In this document: piece after piece, positions 30,876 through 41,099 of the stretch
How the letters are laid out: every line of letters begins with the position of its first letter
How positions within the stretch are numbered: the stretch's first letter is position 1
Source: Patescibacteria group bacterium
GTDB taxonomy: Bacteria > Patescibacteriota > Microgenomatia > UBA1400 > PJMF01
Reading direction: 5' to 3'
Length of the DNA stretch: 64,000 nt
Assembly (NCBI GenBank): GCA_040879165.1
Contig: JBBDKV010000003.1
Span: 46,838-110,837 of the forward strand
Translations under genes and position numbers: made by a program
Notes under the pieces: model-generated
Database searches by the model: none
Told to the model about the DNA's origin: nothing
Seen by the model: only the letters and a program-made list of their open reading frames with translations

Positions 30876-31090
30876 GGACTCTTGAAACAGGAATTTAAGG
30901 GGAAAATATACATTTAATTTAGTACTAAGTCGTAGTGAAACATACATATTTATATGCAATATCACCAGCAGTATACTCTGCGCTGACCCAACACCACTTG
31001 TTGAGTCGTGTGTGCCGTTGCAATGTGTACAGCAATATTTAGTCTAATTGTTGCTAATCTACCACTCCTTTTTTCCTGTTTCATTGATCC
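30876..31090 (+). ncRNA. Candidate structured RNA (6S-like or rny leader)
   Basis: TGAAACAGGAA (30883-93) pairs with TTCCTGTTTCA (31073-83); internal hairpins; begins just after the promoter. Confidence 0.4.
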
Positions 31091-31137
31091 ATGCATTGCT
31101 TTTTAGCAAGCATGTTTGTTATTAGGTAAGGAGTATC

Positions 31138-32772
31138 ATGTCATTTTTTAATAATTTGTCATCACTGTTTGGCACGCAACTACAAAAAAACAGTGCAGAC
31201 AGCAGTGGTAAATCTACGCGTCAAAATAAGCAACGAGGCAAAGTGCAACCTCAAAATTTGCCAAAGCCTGAACCCATAAAACAAAAGCCTCAGTCAAAAC
31301 AGCAGCAACGCCAACAACAAAATCAAAGTCAAACTCAAAATCAAAACCAAACTCAAGTTGCTCCAAGTGAATCGATGCGTGAAGCAGAAGCCAAGGCAAG
31401 AGAAATTATGGTCGAGGCAAAAGCAGAAGCACTTGCGCTACGCAGTAAGGCAGAGCGTGAAACCAAAGAACAGGCTCGCCAACTTGATGAACAACAACGC
31501 TCACTTTCTGAAAAGCTGGATCGTCTTGACGAACGATTGAGTCACATGGACAAAAAAGAAGTTGAGATTCAATCAGAGCGAGATGAAATCCTTAAGGCTA
31601 AAAAAGAATTAAAACAGCAGCAAGAAAAGTTATTTACCCAACTAGAAGACACTGCTAATTTAACCCGCGAAGAGGCTAGAAAACAACTGCTCGACTCGCT
31701 CGACTCAGCCCTACTGAAAGAAAAAGCCCAACTGATTCGTCAGCGCGAAGAAGAAGCTAAAGCTGAGTCATCAGAAAAAGTGCAAGAGATTTTAATAGAC
31801 GCCATGAAGCACGGCGCCACTGACTATGTACCCGAGTACACGGTCTCTGTGGTGGAGTTACCCAGTGAGGACGCCAAAGGTAAAATCATTGGTAAGTCAG
31901 GAAGAAATATTAATGCCTTTGAACGCTCTACTGGTGTTGACGTTGATCTAGATACTTCCCCGACAGAAGTGCGCCTTTCCAGCTTTGATCCAGTGCGACG
32001 CGAGATCGCCCGCATTTCCCTTGAGCGATTAATCAAAGATGGCAGAATTCAGCCTTCTCGTATCGAGGAAGTCGTCGCCAAGGTCAAAACAGAAATTGAA
32101 AAAACTATGTTTGAGGCAGGTAAAAAGCTGTGCCATGAAATTGGAATTTATAACTTGCCAATCGATTTAGTCAAAATGATCGGTAAATTCAAATTCCGCT
32201 TCTCATATGGTCAAAATCTGATCGCCCACACCCTAGAAGAAACCAAAATCGGCATGAAGCTCGCCAGCGAACTTGGCATCGATGTTAATGTTGTCAAACT
32301 TGGCTGCTTACTCCACGATATTGGCAAGGTATCAGAGGAAGCCGAAGGTTCTCATGTCGAACTCGGTGTCAAGATTGCCAAGCGGTTCAACCTACCACAA
32401 CCAGTCATAGATGCCATTGCGCAGCATCATGAAGATGAGCCATTTTCCGGACCAGAGCAAATGGTGGTCTATATCGCAGATGCTATTTCTGGAGCTCGTC
32501 CTGGCGCTCGCTACGAAAACTATGATGAATACGTTAAGCGTCTACAAGCACTTGAGGAAGTGGCCATGCAGCATGACATTGTCAAACAAGCCTATGCCAT
32601 TCAAGCTGGACGCGAAGTACGGGTCATTCTGCAGCCTGAAAAAACCAAAGATGATGATGTAACACTAATCAGTGGTAAAATTAGAGATGAAATTAAAAAT
32701 ACTATGACTTACCCTGGTACAGTCACTGTCACCGTGATTCGAGAAGTTCGAGGCCAGGAGGTGGCCACCTAG
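31138..32772 (+). CDS. rny: Ribonuclease Y
   Basis: Coiled coil, KH domain (KGKIIGKSGRNI), HD domain (LLHDIGK), ADAISGARPGAR, AIQAGREVRV. Confidence 0.97.
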   Translation: MSFFNNLSSLFGTQLQKNSADSSGKSTRQNKQRGKVQPQNLPKPEPIKQKPQSKQQQRQQQNQSQTQNQNQTQVAPSESMREAEAKAREIMVEAKAEALALRSKAERETKEQARQLDEQQRSLSEKLDRLDERLSHMDKKEVEIQSERDEILKAKKELKQQQEKLFTQLEDTANLTREEARKQLLDSLDSALLKEKAQLIRQREEEAKAESSEKVQEILIDAMKHGATDYVPEYTVSVVELPSEDAKGKIIGKSGRNINAFERSTGVDVDLDTSPTEVRLSSFDPVRREIARISLERLIKDGRIQPSRIEEVVAKVKTEIEKTMFEAGKKLCHEIGIYNLPIDLVKMIGKFKFRFSYGQNLIAHTLEETKIGMKLASELGIDVNVVKLGCLLHDIGKVSEEAEGSHVELGVKIAKRFNLPQPVIDAIAQHHEDEPFSGPEQMVVYIADAISGARPGARYENYDEYVKRLQALEEVAMQHDIVKQAYAIQAGREVRVILQPEKTKDDDVTLISGKIRDEIKNTMTYPGTVTVTVIREVRGQEVAT

Positions 32773-32821
32773 TTTTTGGATGAGCAGCTACCAACACACA
32801 GTAATGATATACTAAGGCACT

Positions 32822-33040
32822 ATGTACACAGCACTTTTGATTACTCAAATAATTTTAGCAGTCACTGTTGTTAGCTGCATCTTATTGCAATCTCAAGGCT
32901 CAGGTCTTGGTGCTGCCATGGGTGGTGGCGGCGAAACCTTTCACACTAGAAGAGGACTGGAAAAAGTTATTTATTACATTACTATCGTCGGTGTAATTCT
33001 GTTTGCAGCAAACTCAATCGCGTTACTCATTTTTCGATAA
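32822..33040 (+). CDS. secG: Preprotein translocase subunit SecG
   Basis: Two TMs around LLQSQGSGLGAAMGGGG...RRGLEK. Confidence 0.93.
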   Translation: MYTALLITQIILAVTVVSCILLQSQGSGLGAAMGGGGETFHTRRGLEKVIYYITIVGVILFAANSIALLIFR

Positions 33041-33139
33041 CTAACCACTCTGCAGCAACTCGCATCTGCTCGTATCTAATGGAGTTTTGAGTTGGCTTCT
33101 TGTACAATTATCTCAAGATAGTATAGTTACAACACCACA

Positions 33140-34582
33140 ATGCGAAAACTGTATTGGTATTTCAGCGCCTATGTTCGAAAGCACGGCCTCGTCTTTGTGA
33201 GTTCATTGGTCATTGCACTGCTCACTTTTTGGTTTTTTGTACCAACACTTGCTCAAAATCTGGAAGTGAATCGGCGCTACTATATAGCAGTTATCGGAGA
33301 TTATACTTTAGCCGACCTCCCGCCAGTGATAAAACACCAGCTAAGCGTCGGTTTAACCGAACTTCAGGAAGATGGCAGTGCCATCCCAGCTTTGAGCGAG
33401 CGGTGGACCACTGAGCAAGATAATGCTACTTTTCGGTTTTTAATTCAGGATGATCTGTCCTGGCAAGATGGCGAGCAAGTAACCCCAAGCTCAATTCAAT
33501 ATCAATTTGATGATTTAGAAACCATTTATACACCCAATGATATTGTCTTTAATCTACCTGCACCGTATGCACCCTTTCCTACTCTTGTTTCTGAACCGAT
33601 TCTTAAATCAGGAACCAAAGATCGATTACTGTTTTTCTCTGAACCAACGTTGATTGGTATTGGCGAATACTCCATTACTGGATATGAGCGAATTGGGCAG
33701 CAATTGAAAGAGTTGAGAATTGATGGCGACGGCGATAGATATATTTACCGTTTTTATTTAACAGAACAGGATGCAGTGCTTGCATATAAAAAAGGTGAGG
33801 TGGACATAATCCCTGACTTATCTCGTCGGTACGACATTTTTGATTGGTCTTCGACCATTGCTGAAGAGGTACAGCTGCAAAACTCTTACCTAGCAATCTT
33901 TTTTAATAACAGCGACCCCAATCTCACACGCAATATTCGACAAGGACTTTCGTACGCTTTAGAGAAAAAAAATGATGGCAGTCGGGCTATAGGCCCCATT
34001 AGTCCAAAATCTTGGGCGTATCTTCCAGGTGGAAAAACCTATAATCTAGATATCGCTCGTGGTAGCGAACGGATGCGCGCCGAACTACCGCGCAATCCGC
34101 TGACATTTACACTCACTACCACCTCTCTATTCCAACAAAAAGCTGAGCAGATAAAGCAAGAGTGGGAGGCTTTTGGCGAACAAATAGCACAAGATTGTCA
34201 AGATGATTCGGATGTCACTGAAAAAGAATTGTGTGATAATTTGCTGATTAGCATTAACATTCGAGTAAGAAACTTCCCCGATACGCAAAATTTTCAAATG
34301 CTCCTAGTTGGCCAGGAAATCCCAGCTGACCCTGATCAATATAGTACTTGGCACTCAGAACAAGCCACCAACTTCACAAACTATAACAACACCCGGATTG
34401 ATACCCTCCTCGAACGTGGTCGACAAACCCTAAACCAACAAGATCGTACAGAAATTTACCAAGAATTTCAGCAATTTTTTCTTGAGGATCCTCCAGCTGT
34501 ATTTCTGGAATATTTACCTCGATACAGTGTCAGAAGGAACTCAGTGACTGAACCAGAGATCGACTTCTACCATTCTATTTAA
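33140..34582 (+). CDS. ABC transporter substrate-binding protein, family 5 (OppA-like)
   Basis: PALSERW, WQDG, WHS...NFTNYNN..ID.LLE.GR motifs. Confidence 0.85.
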   Translation: MRKLYWYFSAYVRKHGLVFVSSLVIALLTFWFFVPTLAQNLEVNRRYYIAVIGDYTLADLPPVIKHQLSVGLTELQEDGSAIPALSERWTTEQDNATFRFLIQDDLSWQDGEQVTPSSIQYQFDDLETIYTPNDIVFNLPAPYAPFPTLVSEPILKSGTKDRLLFFSEPTLIGIGEYSITGYERIGQQLKELRIDGDGDRYIYRFYLTEQDAVLAYKKGEVDIIPDLSRRYDIFDWSSTIAEEVQLQNSYLAIFFNNSDPNLTRNIRQGLSYALEKKNDGSRAIGPISPKSWAYLPGGKTYNLDIARGSERMRAELPRNPLTFTLTTTSLFQQKAEQIKQEWEAFGEQIAQDCQDDSDVTEKELCDNLLISINIRVRNFPDTQNFQMLLVGQEIPADPDQYSTWHSEQATNFTNYNNTRIDTLLERGRQTLNQQDRTEIYQEFQQFFLEDPPAVFLEYLPRYSVRRNSVTEPEIDFYHSI

Positions 34583-34681
34583 TCACTAATAAGAAGTGTC
34601 ACTGCACCGATTGCTACTGCACACCAAGCAAGCAGTTTGCTACTAGTTGACAGCCCTCACTCTCTTTGTATACTGACCTGT

Positions 34682-35362
34682 ATGCAAAAGACGCTTTCGA
34701 TTATTGTGCTTTCTGCCTTCGTTTTGGCGGCTTGTCAGACTCCACACAATCCTGATACTTCAGACGTTCAGTTTAACAATACTCAAACTGGGCAAGATCA
34801 GACACAAGGCTTGGTCGAAGGCTCTCAGACCTCTGCCAATTTTCAATTAGAAGATACTAACATTCAACAGGAGGAATCCATGAAACAACTATCAGACTTT
34901 AAAGCCATCGAAGGTTCAACCGTCACAATGACTACCTCAAAAGGAGATATTGAAATTACACTTTTCAGAGAAGAAGCACCGCTAACTACACTCAATTTTC
35001 TCAATTTAATTGATTCAGGTTTTTATGATGGTATTATCATCCACCGTGTTGAGCCTAATTTTGTCGTTCAATTTGGTGATCCGCTCACTAAGGAACCTGG
35101 CACTGAAGCCCAATGGGGCACGGGTGGTCCAGGCTACGTCATTCCAGACGAATTTCATCCACAGCTTCGCCACTCTGGTCCAGGCACTCTCTCCATGGCC
35201 AATCGTGGTCCGAACACAGGGAGTAGTCAAATCTTTATCACCCTAGCTGCCACAGAGTGGCTTGATGACCGTCACGCAGTATTTGGCACTGTTTCTCAAG
35301 GAATGGACGTTGTCAACCAATTACAAGTAGGTGATGTCATCCAATCAGCTACCTACCACTAA
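34682..35362 (+). CDS. Cyclophilin-type peptidyl-prolyl isomerase, lipoprotein
   Basis: Lipobox LAAC; FYDG.IIHRV, GGPGY, LSMANRGPNT, WLD..HAVFG. Confidence 0.93.
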   Translation: MQKTLSIIVLSAFVLAACQTPHNPDTSDVQFNNTQTGQDQTQGLVEGSQTSANFQLEDTNIQQEESMKQLSDFKAIEGSTVTMTTSKGDIEITLFREEAPLTTLNFLNLIDSGFYDGIIIHRVEPNFVVQFGDPLTKEPGTEAQWGTGGPGYVIPDEFHPQLRHSGPGTLSMANRGPNTGSSQIFITLAATEWLDDRHAVFGTVSQGMDVVNQLQVGDVIQSATYH

Positions 35363-37037
35363 GCTCCGTTCATACGTATATATTGGGGTCGGCGTATTGC
35401 TGATTATTGTAGGCTTGGTTTTGTTTGCTGTTCTAGAAACGCAAAACGCTCTTAGCCAGGCAAAATTATTGAACTTTGATTCCGCCCAAACACACACTAA
35501 ACGTGCTGCTCCTATAGTCACCGTACTTTCTCTGCTCACATTACAACAGCAAGCTGATATAGAGGTTTGGAAAAATGGCCTCAAACTACTCGATGAAATT
35601 GCGCACCTAAAACTGGAAGCTCACGCCATCGCTGCAGCCTACACTCACCAATCCGACCAACCAACAGATTTGCGGCCGCTCTCATACCAGTTGGCAAGTA
35701 TCGCAGCATCGCTTTCAAAATTAGAACAATTACTCCCAAAGACTACGTTTGTGCAGCACCAAGTTCAGCCTGACAACATTGACCAACTCAGCACAGGTAC
35801 TGCGTATTTTTCAATTGCTGCTGCCTTGATTGACCATTTGACAGAGTCAAATCAAACCTGGGTGATTCTATTTCAAAATAGCAACGAGTTGCGCGCGACC
35901 GGTGGTTTTACCGGCTCGTATGCTGTATTTATGATGCATCAAGGCATTGCCCAACCGCTAATCATTGAAGATATTTATGATGCTGATGGGCAGTTTGTGG
36001 GTTATGTTAGCCCACCACCAGGAGTTCACGAATATACCAGCGGTAATCGAGGATTACGCTTACCCGATGCCAATTGGTGGCCAGATTTCCCTAAAAGTGC
36101 CCAAACGCAACTCCAATTTTTTGAGCTTGGCAATAAGGACCCTATAGCCGGTGTTGTTGCAATAAATATCAGCGTACTGGAAGAGCTACTCGCTATTACT
36201 GGTCCGATCTTTCTTCCAGATTACGATCTGGAGTTGACTGCGCAGAATGCAGCTGATGTGCTGAGAACAGATCGGGAGTCCTTTTTTCCCGGCAGTAGTC
36301 AGAAAAAAGATCTGATTAGTCACGCCACTACAATGCTCAGTCAAAAAATAACCAGTCTTAATCAGGAGCAAGTGCGTGGCATGCTGGGACTACTTATTTC
36401 GTTAATTCCTGAAAAATCAATACAAGCATACGCCACTGATCCTCAAATCCAGAATCACCTGGCTGAGCTAGGTATAACTGGTGAACTCGGCACAAACACA
36501 GTTCGCGCCAACACTTTGCAACAAGCGTGTCAGTGCGAGCTGGAAAGTTTCATGTTGGTCGAATCAAATGTCGGTATCAATAAAGTCAACGAGGCAGTCA
36601 CTCGATCTGTATCACTGGATTGGCAAGCCAATACACTAGCAACTGAAATCGTCTTCAATCATGATGGCTCGTATACTCCCAAAACAGCTGGTGAAAATGC
36701 TGGTTACCTCAACTATCAACGGCTTATTTTTTCTCCCGAATACACTATCTCTTCAATCACAGTCAATGATCGACCAATCCCGCGCTACGACCTGTCAACA
36801 ATCACTACCCATCAAGGTCAAGATCTCCAGCAGCTGGGATTTATCATACCTATTCCCTCAAATACCACTCAGCGAGCTACCATTACTCTCCAAAGAAATA
36901 CGCCCTACACTCAAAAAGCCGGTCTACTAATCCATAAACAATCAGGCTTACCGATTACTCCATATAGTATAGAAACACCTGCTGGCGAACAAGTCGTACA
37001 CCTCAAGACAGATACGGTAATTCAGCAGTCACCATAA
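35331..37037 (+). CDS. DUF4012 domain protein
   Basis: N-terminal TM; LFQNSNELRATGGFTGSY, DANWWPDFP, N.G.NK. Confidence 0.85.
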   Translation: MMSSNQLPTTKLRSYVYIGVGVLLIIVGLVLFAVLETQNALSQAKLLNFDSAQTHTKRAAPIVTVLSLLTLQQQADIEVWKNGLKLLDEIAHLKLEAHAIAAAYTHQSDQPTDLRPLSYQLASIAASLSKLEQLLPKTTFVQHQVQPDNIDQLSTGTAYFSIAAALIDHLTESNQTWVILFQNSNELRATGGFTGSYAVFMMHQGIAQPLIIEDIYDADGQFVGYVSPPPGVHEYTSGNRGLRLPDANWWPDFPKSAQTQLQFFELGNKDPIAGVVAINISVLEELLAITGPIFLPDYDLELTAQNAADVLRTDRESFFPGSSQKKDLISHATTMLSQKITSLNQEQVRGMLGLLISLIPEKSIQAYATDPQIQNHLAELGITGELGTNTVRANTLQQACQCELESFMLVESNVGINKVNEAVTRSVSLDWQANTLATEIVFNHDGSYTPKTAGENAGYLNYQRLIFSPEYTISSITVNDRPIPRYDLSTITTHQGQDLQQLGFIIPIPSNTTQRATITLQRNTPYTQKAGLLIHKQSGLPITPYSIETPAGEQVVHLKTDTVIQQSP

Positions 37038-37106
37038 CTATTGTCGCTGCGACTATGCACGTGCCCAGAACGATCTCACCCAGTCAAACCATGCTACAAT
37101 CTAGGC

Positions 37107-38207
37107 ATGAAACAGACTCCAGAGGAACTACAAACACTATTGCAAAAGTCAGCGGACTTACTAACAGCCAGCAATCAAACCACACTTGAGAAAAACGTTG
37201 CACGTCTTGAAAAAAAAACGACGCAACCAAATTTCTGGAATACCAGCGATGCTCAATCCATCATGCAACAATTGTCTGAGTATCGTGATGAGCTAAGCCA
37301 ACTGACTACCCTCGCCCAGCTGAAGAATGATCTAGAAGCGTGTCTAGAACTGCAGTCAGAATTTTCTGAAACAACAGAGGACCAAGATGTTTCTAGTGAA
37401 CTAGCAACCATCGCCTCTCAATTAACCAAACAAGTCAAGAGTATTGAACTCAAGCAATATTTATCAAGCCCCTACGACAAAAAGGGGGCGCTTTTCTCAA
37501 TTCACTCAGGTCAAGGTGGTACTGAAGCTATGGATTGGGCTGACATGCTGCGACGAATGTATGAGCGATATTTTGAACGACAAAATTGGAAGTTTACCCT
37601 ACTGAGCGAATCTCGCGGCGAAGAAGCCGGTATTAAGGCAGTCGAATATCAAGTTACATCTCCATACGCCTACGGATACCTCAAGCGTGAGCGAGGCACC
37701 CACCGCTTAGTTCGTCAAAGTCCGTTTAACGCCGATAACTTACGTCAAACTTCCTTTGCACTTGTTGAAGTGCTGCCCCTAGTTGAAAGCAATGCTGACG
37801 TAGCTATCTCTGACCAAGATCTATCGTGGAACTTTTCTCGAGCTGGTGGAGCCGGCGGTCAAAATGTTAATAAAGTCAACACTGCCGTCGAACTTACGCA
37901 CATTCCAACCAATATTACAATTAAGTGCCGCGAGGCGAGAACTCAAGTACAAAATAAGGAGCTCGCCTTGAACAAGCTTAGAGCACTCCTTGCTCAGCAA
38001 CAAGAAACGGAACGCCTAGCATCAATTCAAGCAGAAAAAGGTACCCATCAACACGCTAGTTGGGGCAGCCAGATTCGCAACTATGTTCTCCACCCCTACC
38101 ACCTGGTAAAGGACACTCGAACCGAGGTGGAAACCTCTGACACTCAAGCAGTTCTTGATGGCGATATTGAACAATTTATTCAAGCAGCGCTGTTACTGCC
38201 AGGGTAA
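37107..38207 (+). CDS. prfB: Peptide chain release factor 2 (no frameshift)
   Basis: SPF stop-recognition motif, [16 protein letters not shown] 37107 is 6 nt after TGCTACAAT. Confidence 0.96.
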   Translation: MKQTPEELQTLLQKSADLLTASNQTTLEKNVARLEKKTTQPNFWNTSDAQSIMQQLSEYRDELSQLTTLAQLKNDLEACLELQSEFSETTEDQDVSSELATIASQLTKQVKSIELKQYLSSPYDKKGALFSIHSGQGGTEAMDWADMLRRMYERYFERQNWKFTLLSESRGEEAGIKAVEYQVTSPYAYGYLKRERGTHRLVRQSPFNADNLRQTSFALVEVLPLVESNADVAISDQDLSWNFSRAGGAGGQNVNKVNTAVELTHIPTNITIKCREARTQVQNKELALNKLRALLAQQQETERLASIQAEKGTHQHASWGSQIRNYVLHPYHLVKDTRTEVETSDTQAVLDGDIEQFIQAALLLPG

Positions 38208-38302
38208 AAAATGCTTCATAGAGAGGTACGTATGAAAAACACTACTGAGCATTTTCTGGTATACTAGTACGCATTATCAGTTAAGAACAGTTAAAAACAC
38301 AC

Positions 38303-38893
38303 ATGCCAGACACACAAAAGTCCACCCAACCAACACCAGTAGATTCGCCCGTTGACGAAACAACCACTTCTGAAGATAATCAAACACCTGTGGGCAAGAT
38401 TCATCCTCTCAATCTTGAAAAAAGTACAAAAACAAACACTCTTATGGCAGCTAAAAAAACTAACCCCAAACTTCTGATTACTCTACTCATCATTGCCGTT
38501 GTTGCCGGTGTTGGAACTGGATATGGCAGCTTCAAACTCTACGCCCAATCTGCAGGACCAGATCTTTCCCAGATTGAACAAGTTGCAACTGAAGGAAGCG
38601 TTGCCGCTGGCGATGTCTTTGGCAGCGCTGATACTTCAACATTCAAGGATTCAGCAGAAGGCTATCTTGAGAGTGGTGGCGTCAATGGAGAAGGCACGCA
38701 TCGTCTACTCAGACCCGGTGGTGAGGCTCAAACAGTTTCGCTCACTTCTTCTGTGACCGACCTTGAAGCACTCGTCGGTATGGATGTCAAAATCTGGGGC
38801 GAAACCTTCAAAGGTCAGCGATCTGGCTGGCTAATGGATGTCGGTCGTGTTGAAGTAGTTCGAGTTGAAGGCGACAAGCCAATAATGGATTAA
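38303..38893 (+). CDS. Hypothetical membrane-anchored protein
   Basis: Disordered N-terminus, one TM, small beta-rich C-domain. Confidence 0.75.
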   Translation: MPDTQKSTQPTPVDSPVDETTTSEDNQTPVGKIHPLNLEKSTKTNTLMAAKKTNPKLLITLLIIAVVAGVGTGYGSFKLYAQSAGPDLSQIEQVATEGSVAAGDVFGSADTSTFKDSAEGYLESGGVNGEGTHRLLRPGGEAQTVSLTSSVTDLEALVGMDVKIWGETFKGQRSGWLMDVGRVEVVRVEGDKPIMD

Positions 38894-38940
38894 TGCATCC
38901 ATAGCATCTTCCAGTTTTTTGCGGTAGAATGAGCCTTGCC

Positions 38941-40104
38941 ATGCCCATAGTACGATTTCAAACCGTCAGTAAATATTTCACTCCTGAGTCATACGCTCTT
39001 CAGGAAGTATCTTTCGATATAGATCCTGGTGAATTAATTTTCGTGACCGGTCCCTCTGGGAGCGGCAAAACAACCCTCATGCGTCTAATGACCTGCGAGT
39101 ATTCTCCCACCGAGGGCGAGATTTTTTTCAACGATTCGCCACTGTCAATTATTCGTCCGCACACTGTCCACCAGCATCGTCGTAAAATTGGCGTCGTTTT
39201 TCAAGACTATCGCCTAATTTCTGAGATGAATGTTTGGGAAAATATTGCTCTCCCGCTGTACGTAACCGGCACAAAAGAATCAGATATTGAACAGCGAGTG
39301 ACTGACCTGCTTAATCTTATCAAATTACCAGACAAAGCAGAGTCATTTCCCAGCCAGTTGTCTGGCGGAGAAGCTCAACGAGTTAGTATTGCTCGGGCAC
39401 TAGCAAGCGCCCCTGAGGTAATCTTTGCAGATGAGCCCACGGGGAATCTTGACCCAGAAACTTCTAAAAGCATTGCCGCTTTATTGAGAAAAATTAATGA
39501 GCTAGGCACCACTGTTTTCGTCGCCACGCATGATTGGGAAATTCTGAACAATCATGGTGATGTTCGCCAGCTTCATCTTGAGCGAGGAAAAATTACCAAG
39601 GATTCAAAAGTTGGCAAAAAACCAGCTTTTCCCAAAAGCGAAGCGAAAAATCAATCAGCAGAATCAGAAGAGTCAAAACAGACAGCTAGCGATGATGATC
39701 TAACTCCTAAAACTGCAACAGAAACCATTCTAGAAACAACTCCTCAGGATACTCCGGTCAAAAGCTCCAGCACAAGTTGGTGGAAACGCTGGTTCTCCAA
39801 GACGCAACTTGATTCAGCTGAGCCTTCAGATGACGCTTCAGACCATGATCTTGCCGGGTCAGATTCCGCAACAGAAGAAACTCCTCAGAAATCCAAATCT
39901 CAGTCTAGCTCAATCACTGATGACGAAGACAACAGTGATAGCAAATCTGAAAAATCTCAAACAACCACCAAAAACACACAGAAAAAGCCCGCTCAACAAG
40001 CTACTGAAAAAACTACCACCAAAGCAGACGAAAAATCAGATGATAGCTCAAAACAAAAATCAGCAGCCAAAAAATCTTCTGCAACAAGTACTAAAAAGAA
40101 GTAA
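38941..40104 (+). CDS. ftsE: Cell division ATP-binding protein FtsE with long disordered C-terminal tail
   Basis: GPSGSGKTT, VFQDYRL, LSGGEAQRV, ADEPTGNLD; precedes ftsX. Confidence 0.9.
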   Translation: MPIVRFQTVSKYFTPESYALQEVSFDIDPGELIFVTGPSGSGKTTLMRLMTCEYSPTEGEIFFNDSPLSIIRPHTVHQHRRKIGVVFQDYRLISEMNVWENIALPLYVTGTKESDIEQRVTDLLNLIKLPDKAESFPSQLSGGEAQRVSIARALASAPEVIFADEPTGNLDPETSKSIAALLRKINELGTTVFVATHDWEILNNHGDVRQLHLERGKITKDSKVGKKPAFPKSEAKNQSAESEESKQTASDDDLTPKTATETILETTPQDTPVKSSSTSWWKRWFSKTQLDSAEPSDDASDHDLAGSDSATEETPQKSKSQSSSITDDEDNSDSKSEKSQTTTKNTQKKPAQQATEKTTTKADEKSDDSSKQKSAAKKSSATSTKKK

Positions 40105-40107
40105 AGT

Positions 40108-40977
40108 ATGAACGCACTCACCTCTGCACTAGCCAACATTCGACGCTCACCCTATCAGGCACTAGCAGCGACAATGATTGCCTTCGTTACCTTCAGCGTG
40201 ATCTTTTGCTTAAGCTTCTTCTTATATGGAGCACACCTCGTTCTTGACTACTACGAAGGTCGCCCTCAAGTCATCGCTTTTTTTGAGATTGAAGCAGCTG
40301 AGGAAGATGTCGCTCAAGCACAAGCCACGATGCAGGACAAGCCCTATGTCGCTGACATCACACTGACCACTAAAGAGGATGCGCTCGCTATTTACAGCGA
40401 GCAATACCGCGAATCCCCAATGCTACTTGAACTGGTCACCGCTGATATTCTACCCATCAGTCTTGAAGTCTCTGCCACTGAACTGGCTGCGTTGGCGCTC
40501 ATACGCGACGACTTAGCTGAATTACCGGGAGTCGAAGATGTAGTGTTCCAGGACAGCATCATCAATCAAGTTTCCACTTGGATCAATACTGGCCGAATTA
40601 TCGGCGGCGCTTCTGCGTTGGTACTGACCACACTCTCCTTTTTAGTCATTTTAGTCATTATTGGTATGCGTGTCGGAATGTATAAACATCGCATTACCAT
40701 CATGCGCCTGTTGGGTGCTACCCGCTGGTACGTCAAGCGGCCGTTCATGATGGAAGGCATCCTATACAGTAGTGTCGGCGCACTCGGTGGATGGATTGTT
40801 AGCGTCGGCATCTTGCTTTACTTTTCTCCAGATATTCAGGCATTTATTTCTGAAGTGCAGATCTTTCCTTTGTCATGGGAGTTATTGGGATTACAGCTGG
40901 CGATTGGTCTTGCCTTGAGCACCTTGTTAGGTGGCTTTGCTGGCTGGACAGCCGCCTCTCGATTGATTAGACAATAG
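40108..40977 (+). CDS. ftsX: Cell division permease FtsX
   Basis: Four-TM FtsX topology; IMRLLGATRWYVKRPF.EG. Confidence 0.9.
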   Translation: MNALTSALANIRRSPYQALAATMIAFVTFSVIFCLSFFLYGAHLVLDYYEGRPQVIAFFEIEAAEEDVAQAQATMQDKPYVADITLTTKEDALAIYSEQYRESPMLLELVTADILPISLEVSATELAALALIRDDLAELPGVEDVVFQDSIINQVSTWINTGRIIGGASALVLTTLSFLVILVIIGMRVGMYKHRITIMRLLGATRWYVKRPFMMEGILYSSVGALGGWIVSVGILLYFSPDIQAFISEVQIFPLSWELLGLQLAIGLALSTLLGGFAGWTAASRLIRQ

Positions 40978-41099
40978 CGCACAATAATTGATTAATTTTA
41001 TCAACTTTTGATGCTGTTATAGCAAAAATACAGTTTGAGAATAGTGAGTAATTTTGTTAGAGTGAGATCTCGAGACTACAACTGTTACTCGAATCAATT

